A stretch of 63,164 bases of DNA, filler included, from Collodictyon triciliatum (lineage: Eukaryota): assembly GCA_043381765.1 (NCBI GenBank). It is 3 parts of 3 records of this genome, joined end to end, with 100 filler letters (N's around TTAATTAATTAA, not from the genome) between each part and the next. Parts side by side here need not be neighbours in the genome. Positions count along the whole stretch, not along the records: positions 1 to 21,010 come from JBHJMP010001212.1; positions 21,111 to 42,091 come from JBHJMP010001213.1; 1 more part is not named here. One strand, 5' to 3'. Below the pieces are notes generated by a model. It searched no databases, had not been told where the DNA came from, and saw only the letters and a list, made by a program, of their open reading frames with translations. Every line of letters starts with the position of its first letter. The first letter of the stretch is position 1. The position numbers and the translations under genes were made by a program. Positions 13,045-22,960 of this stretch are shown one piece after another.

Positions 13045-13116
13045 AAAAAAGGAAAAAAGGAAAAAAGGAAAAAAGGAAAAAAGGAATTAAGGAAAAAAGG
13101 AATTAAGGAAAAAAAA
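12970..13116. repeat. Poly-A (about 73 nt) followed by (GGAAAAAA)n
   Basis: Directly visible. Confidence 0.9.
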
Positions 13117-14053
13117 GAGGAAAAATGTATTGCAAATGCAAGGAACAAAATGGCCATTCAAGAGCATCTGCCCCAAATGTGTTTCATGATTTTTTTTTGA
13201 AGCCCTTGAGCCCAATTAATGAGTAATAAGGGGAAAAGAGGATTTGTGCATATGACGGCTGCTCTCTGCCCTTTGCACTGGAGTAAACGATTATTATTAT
13301 TTTTTTCACCACCGATAACATGCTATGATTTTCCTGAGAGTGTGCTTGTGGCATGATTTGTCATGCGTTCCTCCTTTCGTATATTTTGTTCACTTCATAG
13401 ATGCCGAAGTTCTATCAAGCATCGCATCCCCATCAACTTCCTTAATCCAGTTTCATGGCATCTGTGTGTGCGTGTGTATGTGTTTGTGTGGCTGTCACAA
13501 GTCACGCTGATGAATTGTTCTGCGTGCTGAAGGAGCTTTTTTTTTTTCCACTTTGGCATTCAACCAGCGCTTGTTTTTGTTTTTGTTTTTGTCTTTTGTT
13601 CTCCATTTTCTTTCTCTTTTTTTTTTTTAGTAGAAAGACGATAAATTGACCAGAAAAAGCAGGCAAATGCGGAAATCCGACCCTTTTCCGAGAAACAATC
13701 CAGGGAATTTCCGCGAAGAGCAGCTATGATAGCGAAGCATAGCAAAGCTATCATCCCACATGTGGAAAATACATCACTACGACCATATTTTCCATATACC
13801 GCTTACTAGCGAATAGCCACAAGCAAAAAAAAAAAGAAAACGCAGTGTACCACAGTGCGCAGCCACGCATCAGCAACACGAAGTTACAGGTACCGAACGA
13901 CATGAATCACACTGCCTGTGACTCGCGTATCGAGTCCGTTTATGATCATCACAAAAAAAAGAAAAAAAAGAAAAAAAAAAAAGGACGAGTGAGTGGGGAA
14001 GGACACTAACCAAGAAAGACGGAAAGGAAAGACAAGAAGCAAAGGAAAGCAGG

Positions 14054-14908
14054 ATGCAGGCACGACCGAGCGCCCTGGAAAAAGTGATGAACCTGCCGGA
14101 CGCGGTGGTGGAGCCGCTGGGGCTGCTGCTGTTCCACGCGGGGATCACGGGGGCATACGCGTACTCGTTCGCCCTTGCACACGCGGAGGGCCGCCTGACG
14201 CGCCACGCATACCAGTTCCTGACGATCTGGATGGTGGCCGCCAACACGGTGTACTTTGCCCTGGCCACGGCACGCGACGCGCTGGATCTGGCGGCGGGCA
14301 TACGCAGCAGCAGACGGCGGCAGCGGGGCCGCACGCGGCGGGGCGGACGAGGAGGGCGTGGCGGACAGCCACAGCCACAGCCACAGGGACGACCACAGCC
14401 ACAGCCACAGCCGCAGCCACAGTCGTGGGCGCACCGGGCGTGCACGCGGCTGCAGCTGCCGGTGGTGAGCGTGTCGCTCGGGGCGTGCGGGGTGTTCTGG
14501 GCGCTGTGGCTGGCGGATGCGGAGCTCGTGCTGCCGGCCGCGCTGCAGTACCCGCCGCTGCTCAACCACCTGCAGCACACGCTGCCCGTCGCCACGGCGC
14601 TTGCGGAGCCGCTGCTGCTGTTCCACCCCGCCGACGCGCCCCCGCCCGCCGCCGCAGACTGCGCCGCCGCCTCCGCCCTCGCCCTGCTCTACCTCGCCCT
14701 CCTCGCCGTGCGCGGCGCCGTCCTCGGCCTCGGCTTCCCGTACCCCTTCATGCGCGCCTGGGGCCCCGCCGACTTTGCCTGCTTCGCCCTCCCCGCCGCC
14801 CTCCTCGCCCTCGCCCTGCCGCCCCTGCTGCGCCCGCTCCGCACCTACTACGCCCGCCCCGGCCCCACCCCCGTCCCCCTCTCCTCCCCCGACTCACTCT
14901 CCGACTGA
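14054..14908 (+). CDS. FAR-17a/AIG1/ADTRP-family integral membrane hydrolase, intronless
   Basis: 284-aa ORF with 'YQFLTIW', 'FWALWLADAELV.P', 'PPLLNHLQHTLP' and 'YPFM' motifs; the family's catalytic Thr (FLT) and His region (NHxxH) are present. Internal (CCACAG)n encodes a PQ run. Confidence 0.88.
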   Translation: MQARPSALEKVMNLPDAVVEPLGLLLFHAGITGAYAYSFALAHAEGRLTRHAYQFLTIWMVAANTVYFALATARDALDLAAGIRSSRRRQRGRTRRGGRGGRGGQPQPQPQGRPQPQPQPQPQSWAHRACTRLQLPVVSVSLGACGVFWALWLADAELVLPAALQYPPLLNHLQHTLPVATALAEPLLLFHPADAPPPAAADCAAASALALLYLALLAVRGAVLGLGFPYPFMRAWGPADFACFALPAALLALALPPLLRPLRTYYARPGPTPVPLSSPDSLSD

Positions 14909-14949
14909 GTCTCCGGCCCATGAAGCTCTTCCCGCCCGCCTCTGCCTCT

Positions 14950-15937
14950 TTACAGCCCGCACCGCTCGTCCAGGTCCACCAGCGCCTCTGCCTGCGCGAG
15001 CGTCAGCGTCGGCCTCTGCCCCCGTCGCGTGCGGATGAACTGTTTGTTGGTGATGCCGTTGTTATTGGCGATGGTGCTGCCATTTCTTCTTCTTCTTCTA
15101 ATGCTCTTGGTGTGTCGGATTCATGTGGTGGTACCTCCAGCGTCTCCTCCAGCGTGGTGTACCGGTGCGCGCCGCCCTTTGCCGTCTCGTGCTGGTGCCG
15201 CGCCTGCGACGTGCGGGCGGTCTGCTGGATGTGGCTCAGATGTGCGCGGAAGAGGTCGTCTGCTGCCGTCCGGGCCGCCGATGCGCAGGGGTGGTCTGCT
15301 TGCATGTCTCATATTATACACAGATATAACTATGCCGCATATGCGTGTAGATAGATGTGGACTCGGCAAAGGAGCCTCGTCTTTCCCTTGTGTCCTGTTG
15401 TCGATATGTGGCGGGGGGTGGCTTTGGGGCGGACGTGCCTGTGCGCAGGGCAGCCGTCAAGGTCGGCGGCACGATGGGGGTGACTCCGCCCGGTGCCGCG
15501 TGCAGGTCGTCAAAGACCATCCGGCGCAGTCGCCCGTAGTCGATGCCGCTGCCCAGCTCCTCTGCGCTCAAAGGGATGTATGCCTGCACGCCCATGTCCG
15601 ATGCCGTCTGTGGTGGTCGGTGGCGCGCGGGTTAGTCAAAGGCCTCGGCTGCTTGGGCGCCACACCAAGTGCACTCTTGAAGGCGCCGGTGTGGCGGGTT
15701 GCCGATTCTAGTCCTTCTCTCTCTCTCTCTTTTTTTTTCTCTCTTCTCTTTTCTTTCTATATGTATGTGTGCATGTATGTGTATGTTTGTGTATGAATGT
15801 GTGTGTAGGCCTTTGCTGGTTTTGTGACAAGAGGTGGGGTCATTTCGTATCTGAGATTAAGAACCATTTTGGGATGTGCGACTTTCGTGAATAGCGGCTC
15901 CTGTGGTTGTGTTTGTGCTGGTGTCTGCGGATGCTTT

Positions 15938-16016
<79 letters not shown>

Positions 16017-19000
16017 TTAGAAGAAGGGATGCAAACATGATTGAACATATATACGATTTTAATTAGGTACACGAGGTTCATTATAAAGAATTGCGTATTA
16101 TCTGTAACATAGGTAGATTGTAATCATACATAAATACTAGTATTTGATATTATTGCATATTCTTTTCTCGTCAATGAAAATGAATCAAATGTAGTGGTAT
16201 ATACGAGGGTTTGTGATGTATATTCATGTTTTCAAACAGAAAATAGCAAGAAGGAAATTAGCAAGAAAGGAAGGTAGAAAGGTAAAATTAATTATAGAGT
16301 GTACCATGACTGGCTTAGTTTGGGTGGTCGGAGCATTTGCTTTTTGCATTGGAATGTATTTCAGTTTGTCACGTATTTGCGTGGCCACAAGCGAAAAAGA
16401 TTCCCTTACAGGCTTTTTTTTTTTAAAAAAAAGGATAAATGCATGAAATTATGCACAACTAACATAAAATAAAACTAACTCTAATAAAAACTCAAATCAT
16501 TATCAATAACAACAACAATAATAAACAGATATATAGTATCGTAATTTGCAAATTTACCTTGGGCTCTGGAGTCTGCTTCTGAACGGTTGATGTAGACTAC
16601 ATGATTCATTATCGATGGTGATGTTAATTATTATTTTTTTGCGACTTTTCTCTCATTATTTTCATCAGAAAAAGAAAGAAAAGAGCAACGAATGATAATG
16701 ATGGTCCAGTTACAATTGTTTGGTCACATTCGAAAGATAATTATGCACCCCTATTATATCCCTCTTTTTTTCTTTCTTCCCCCTCCTACATTAATTACTG
16801 ATGTAAAATGAGTGAAATATTGAATACGCATATTAAAAGTAGAACCAGTTCAGCTCGGGAGCGTGACATAGACTCTTCCTCAAAAGTGTCTTCATAGTTA
16901 TCCTCACTCTTGATTTCAGAGATAGATGATTCTCTGACAGAGGATGCTGATGTTGTTTTCGATGAGTCAGATGACTCTTCAGTTTCACTTGAAGATGAAT
17001 GTGACGAGGATGAAGACGATGAAGATAACGTGTCATCGGAGACCACACCACTGGATACGGTTTCAGCAACAGACTCTGCAACAGATTCTGAGAAGGAAAC
17101 GGCTGTGAAGGAAAATTAATACTAGTTTAAAAAAAAAAGTGGGGAGATAACAAAGAATTACTTAAATTAAAAAATAATACATTTCCAAAAGGAAAATACA
17201 TAAGTTTATTTCGAATATTTGTAAAATATTTTATTTTGATTATTATCTTTTAATTATCCTCTTTCTTCCCCTCTTTCTATCTAATTATGATGATGATTTT
17301 ATAAAGTTCCAGTTGACATGCGATATAATCAATTAAAAGTACATCTATTCAAAGGAGGTTTCGAGAGTGATGTGGGCTTTTGGTCGAACGCTGAAGATTG
17401 AGGTCTCGACGAATCTTTCTTTGGAGAGATTGACGACTTAATTGGAGGCTGTACGGGCTTTGGAGGAACTTTGGGAGGCTTTTCATCAAAGCTTTTGCTA
17501 TGAATAAAACTGTCGCCTGTTTCTGTGTGAATAGATTCGGACTTGATGTGGCGATGATACAACACCCATTTATATATAAATTAGTTAATTATAAATTCTT
17601 AAATCAATTCTATACCTTCTTGTTTAAAAAACTAGAGATAGACGGTATTTTTAAATAAATAATTGCATATGTACATATACTTATAATCAAATCTACAGCA
17701 TACAATTTGGTCTGTGGAGTCATCTATGCTAGATGATTGATTGACTGGAGCGACCTTCTAATTTATTTTTTCTTTTTTTTTAAAAAAAAGGAAATCTCAA
17801 TTGATTTAGGTGAAAGAGATATTAAATTTGGCCTCATTTAGTCAGAAAGGCGAGAATAGAATAATTATTTCCGGTATAATTATCAAAAATGCATACAGTC
17901 AGTTTTGCAGACACATTTTGAGGCTTTATTTTTAGATTTGTCGATGTATTTTCCTTATTTAGCGTTAATATGTTATTATTTCAACATATATTTACTTATT
18001 TATAGTAAATCTTCATTTAAATCAGTGCTATTATTAATGTCACTGTGTATTTTTCTTTTCATTCAAACCTTGGCCACCTCATCTTTCTTGAATGTTTGTG
18101 GTCTTGTTTCTGTTCCTGTGGTGATATTTACTTGCTTTTTCCCAGCTCCTTTCGCGGTGTGTGGCTCGGCGTGATGTCTATCGTCGGTTGGAAGTTCAAA
18201 ATCGGCCATACTTTTTGTCATGTCTGGCTCCTCAATATCACTGCTTATATCAGAGTCTAAATCGTCAATACTGCGCAGCGCACTTGTTCCGAACGAAAAT
18301 GAAGGTTCCTTCTGGACAAAGGGTTGGATAAAAATGAAGTTGATATTAGATTTTTCTAGATTTTTCTCAACCTCCCCCAGAGACCTCCACTTTACACGCT
18401 AGAGGCTTACTGACATAACAAGTAAATAAATCACCGAAAGGTTGCATAAAAACAACACATGATATATATATCAGCATACACGTTAAAAACAGTTACTTTG
18501 TCTCCAAATAGTTCCTTGTTGGATATCACCTTGTTGGTTGTTTGAGCACCACTTGACAGTTCAATTTCTTCCTATATTGCAGTACTTGAATTTATTTTTT
18601 TTCTATCATAAAAATGAATCCATAATAGATATGGGCGCTGATAGATTCTTTAAGATATGCTTGATAAAATTCTTAATTTTTTCTTTAGCGATTTATACCT
18701 TCTTTTTCACTTGTGTTGAGGATGTTGCAATATTTGTCTGAAGTTTATCTACTATTTTTGGTGTTTGTTCACCTATTGGCTGTGCCTTTGTGTTTGACAT
18801 ATGTCCAGCAGGGCTCGTGAGACTCGACCTTACAGAAGCAAATGTGCTATCAAAACATGAAAATTTGAATACAAATCTTGTAAAAATAATACGTTACATT
18901 TATCACATTCACTTTAAAACTTTTACATTTGCTCTTAATTAAATTTAACTTGAATAATCAATGTATAAAATTAAATTCACTTTTATCATAAAAAGAAAAA

Positions 19001-20657
19001 AGAAGGAAGAACAATTAAGATAAAACAAAATATATGATAAAAAATCTAATAGTGCACCTTCCTTTAGACAGAAGCAATTTAGCCTTTTCGATAGCGGACG
19101 TGGACTTTTGGGATAATGAGCCATCTTGGGTTTTTTGTACAGCTCCTTGGCCGGGTGAAGTCAATTTTGAATTTGTAGATTTAAAGGAGTTCGCAGCTGG
19201 CCTTTCATCTCTAATTATAGTTTGAAAATATACTCTTTGAGTGGATGTAAATATGCAAGTTATTTGGCCGAGGGCGTTTTTATAATTTAATTTAGATATA
19301 GCAATAAAACTTTATATATTCAAAAAGAATGGTACTTTGAATCGGCTCGCTTCGGAATTTCAATATCTGAGTCAAAGTCCAAACTATCTGCACTTTGGAT
19401 CAAGCCATGCTTTGACTTTAATAATGGATCTGATTTTGGTTTCAGAACCTTATACGAAAAATGGCCGTTAGATGGTGTCATTATTTAAATATTGAACTAG
19501 AAGAATTTTTAATTATAAACGATTTTCTTCTAAAGAATATTAGTGCACACTTGATTTGTACTTTCTTCTTCTGAATCTTGTGTAAATCCATCGATAGATC
19601 CGATGAAGTCGTTTTCTTCATCGCTTTCAGCTAAAGCTTGTACACATGAATTTTCAAATATATTCAATATCAATTTAAAGAAAAAAACTCCATCATATAT
19701 TGTTCATAAGAGTTTGATTTAAGAGAGAAAAATTTGGCAAAGTGAATGTCATTGTATATTTCCAGATGTCTCGAATTGAAAGGAAGAATAATTTTTTTTA
19801 GGATGCCTGCTTTTGGATTAAATTATATTCAATAGTATACAATACAAAAACGTACTTTTTTCTTTCTGCTGTTTTCTAATCATCTTTTCTTTTGCAGGAA
19901 CGAATTGGGATGAGAATCCAGAGTGAAACGAAACTTTCTGTCGAGGTTTCGTGACTAATCTGTCCATATCGTCCCCGCTTGCTTCCCATGAATCCCCGAA
20001 CGATACTGATGGAGATTTCTTCAGTGACGGCTTCGTTGGGGCAGCGGTCGCTGATATCGGTTCTGTGTCTGGTTTAATGATTGAAAATGGCTTGCCCGTG
20101 AATGTGTTTTGGCCTTGGTTGGCATTTACATTTGCAGCCTTTCCCTTCTGCAATATGTTTTGTGCATGATTGAGAGCAGATGAAGCAGATTTTATCAAAG
20201 AGGGTTTGTTTGATGAATGCTCGACAACATTTTGGCTTCCTTGCTTATGGAGTAATGATTGAGCTGTGCTGGCGAAGGGTTTTGCGTCTGTTTGTTTCAC
20301 TGCTGATGTCGAAGGTGTTGATTGAAGCATAGAACCGAAAGTGTTTGGAACGGATACCTTGGGATTCTTTGAGCCAGCAATTTTTGATGGTGTGCTCCTT
20401 TTTGGACCAAAGAGGCTGGTAGAATCTTCGTCATCGTCAAACAAAGAACTTGCAGAGAATGAACTTGGTTTTTTCGTTCCAACACCTGTGAATGGGTTCC
20501 GTAAATTAGTTTATATAATTATTTGGACAATTTTGCTTTATCAAAAATGGATTACTTGAAGAATATTTGTAAAATAAATTCAATTATGTAGTTCACATCC
20601 ATATCATTAAAAACCGCCATAGTTTCCAGTACTTTGTAGCACCGGTTGAGCTGTTTT
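14950..20657 (-). CDS. Large multi-exon S/K/P-rich protein with C-terminal DUF4614 (C19orf44-like) domain; 5' end off contig
   Basis: Phase-consistent 3' exon chain ends ...TASDMGVQAY...PPTLTAALRT|ADHPCASAARTAADDLFRAHLSHIQQTARTSQARHQHETAKGGAHRYTTLEETLE|FIRTRRGQRPTLTLAQAEALVDLDERCGL*, resembling the C19orf44 tail 'F/YHYxTLEExxEYIRxxRPxxLTxxxA'. Upstream exons are low complexity and only partly traced. Confidence 0.65.
15942..16014. repeat. (TG)n microsatellite, intronic
   Basis: Directly visible. Confidence 0.95.
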
Positions 20658-20927
20658 CTGTTAGGTTAATTTTTACAAAGGATAAGGTTTATTTTAATAT
20701 TAGTGAAAATAAGATAACATAATAATAAATCAAATGCTTAATTGTTCGGTTCATCAAAGAGAAAGAAAATATAAACAACAAATTAGATTATCCATGATAA
20801 AATTTTCAACAAAATCCAAATACACTTTCAATCGAATAAAAGAAAAACAATATCCAATAGCAAGATGAATATTTTACCACCATCACCATTTTTGTTAATA
20901 AAAAAGAGACTGGCACGAGAAATTTAC

Positions 20928-20928
<1 letters not shown>

Positions 20929-21010
<82 letters not shown>
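20929..21010. repeat. (ATA)n microsatellite at contig end
   Basis: Directly visible. Confidence 0.95.
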
Positions 21011-21110
21011 NNNNNNNNNNNNNNNNNNNNNNNNNNNNNNNNNNNNNNNNNNNNTTAATTAATTAANNNNNNNNNNNNNNNNNNNNNNNNNNNNNNNNNN
21101 NNNNNNNNNN
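21011..21110. other. Artificial contig linker N44-TTAATTAATTAA-N44
   Basis: 100-nt spacer with stop codons in all six frames; identical copy at 42092-42191. Confidence 0.97.
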
Positions 21111-22065
21111 CATGAATTATGTTTACTCAGTTCTGTCTCTAAATCGATTAAAGATACTCTTGATGTCTCAAACTGCTGATTCTCTTCAAAAGTCACGGCA
21201 CCAAAAGAAGCAGCACTTTGTAAATCTGTTGTCATGCATATCCTGAGGCATTGTACTTTTTTTTTCTCGTGCAAGAGAATTTTGTGATTTTTAAGAGGTT
21301 TGCTATCATGTCTTCTTTGGCGTACCGTGTAACGTAATTTCTTACCTGTCTCATCCATCATGTAAACGAAATTAAACTTGCCTGCGTCCACTCCAACTTT
21401 ATTTTTTTTTCACTTATAAAGATAACTGCTCTTCGGAAAGTTCATCAATATAAACATATTATTGGTTTTTTTTTGGTTATATTTGGATTTAGAATTTTGA
21501 AATACCTTTCTTTCCAAACAACGATGACACTGCCAAGCCGTCTGTTTTTATCATGTATTTAAAATTGTAGTCTGTTTGATGAAGGACACTCTTCTTCATT
21601 TCAAAGAAATCATCCCATAGGGTCTCTGCATCATGATATATTCTTCATTAACGATGTTTTTCAGTTGATACAAATAAATCTATCAAACATGCGGTATCTA
21701 GTGTAATATGACATGGCATATAGTTAGTTCTTATAGGGATTGGTTGATACTTTTTGATTCCAATGTCCTCAAAAATGTGATTCATGTAAATCAGATATGG
21801 AATGAACTTATTTGGATTGACTTTGACGTCATATTCGATACCATTTACAATATTGCTGGGAATGATACGATGCATATGCGTTTTAGCTCATTCTTTATAT
21901 TGTTCAGGTATTTCGAGTTTCTTGAATATGGCTTTTTTCTAACTCTCGTAACTCTGCCTTTTTAATAGCTTCCGTAATATTCTCATCTTTAGGAACTGTT
22001 TGATTTATAAAGTGCAGTAACCTCTTTACAAAATGCTCCTTAATGTTATTATGATAAGCTGTTAG
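21111..22065 (-). pseudogene. Decayed Fanzor1-like (TnpB/Cas12-family RNA-guided nuclease) fragment
   Basis: Minus-strand motifs in the expected order: LTAYHNNIKEHFVKRLLHFIN; YDVKVNPNKFIPYLIYMN; QPIPIRTNYMPCHITLDTACLIDLF; YNFKYMIKTDGLAVS; YIDEL...KVGVDAGKFNFVYM (RuvC-I, Asp at 21386-21388); KLRYTVRQRR; LETELSKHNS. Interrupted by TGA at 21888-21890, several TAA and apparent frameshifts; 3' part runs off the contig. Confidence 0.82.
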
Positions 22066-22290
22066 TCCACGGGGGGAAATTCTGCCTCGAATCGAATCCA
22101 GGCCAGGGCTCCCGGTAGTTACAGCTCTTTAGAATTGTAATTATTCTCAACCCTCTCGGGTGCATAGTGATGAACCATGTATCCAGCTTCCGTACCAGAC
22201 CGGCCTGCACTCTTATCCGACACACGTCACTGCTTTCAACCAAGGCGCATGCAACTACCTCGGACTGGAAAGAAGATCATCTAAAAGCCA
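22066..22290. other. Unidentified GC-elevated, potentially structured segment abutting the 5' break of the Fanzor relic
   Basis: Fanzor similarity stops abruptly at about 22066. Plus-strand stems: 22115-22144 (12 pairs incl. 3 G-U) and 22158-22164/22206-22212. Confidence 0.35.
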
Positions 22291-22960
22291 TTCCTTCCCT
22301 TGGATCGAATAAAGGAAAAAAAAGTATTTTTTAACCTTATTATATATACTAATTATACTATTATATTATTCAGGTTGTTTCTTGGATTCATCACTGCTCC
22401 TGCTTTTGTCAATCCAGATTTAATTCGATAGTTGTCTGCGCAAGGAAGAAAGAACGCCAGTTCAATATTATTATTTTCTGAGGAATGTGTTATTTGTCTC
22501 TCAGTGTGCTTGTTTCTCAGCAAAGGAGACTTTTTCTTGTTCGCTGGTTTTGTTTTTCGTTGCTCCTCTCAAGTCTGTCTCTCTCAGCGATCACCGCATT
22601 TATCCATTGTGGGGTATAGAATAGTCAATCCTTAAGTTATCTGTGCGCGCAAACATATATATTAACATCATAATAATTAGCATAATGTTGAAATTTCATC
22701 ACAGATTGCCTATTTGTTGAATCTGTATATTTTAAATATGTGGAAATGATATATTCCACATTATAAAAATGAATCTGGAAAATATATTTCGCCAGACTTC
22801 GCCACATAATCAGATCCAAGCCACGTTTGTGGGTGAGCCCACAATCTTTCGGTCCGAAGAATAAGGCGCTTGCGACGACAACTTGGAAAACTGGAGTCAG
22901 GAAAGACGTCTGCGAAACAATAAAAGAGTTTACTAAAAAGCAGCACAACTTTCACAAGGA

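Noticed and set aside
13993-15354. 453-aa and other overlapping ORFs in the GC peak
   Set aside because: Shadow ORFs caused by stop-codon scarcity at high GC; only the AIG1 frame and the spliced minus-strand exons carry family motifs.
21055-21066. TTAATTAATTAA as a piggyBac TTAA target site or Fanzor terminus
   Set aside because: It is the centre of a synthetic N-flanked spacer repeated at 42136-42147.
21440-21890. In-frame TAA/TGA in the Fanzor region as stop-codon reassignment
   Set aside because: Host genes end in TAA, TAG and TGA and have no internal stops in traced conserved exons; frameshifts indicate decay.
22075-22135. tRNA gene suggested by minus-strand GGATTCGATTCG
   Set aside because: I could not build a cloverleaf or acceptor stem; kept only as part of the unidentified segment.
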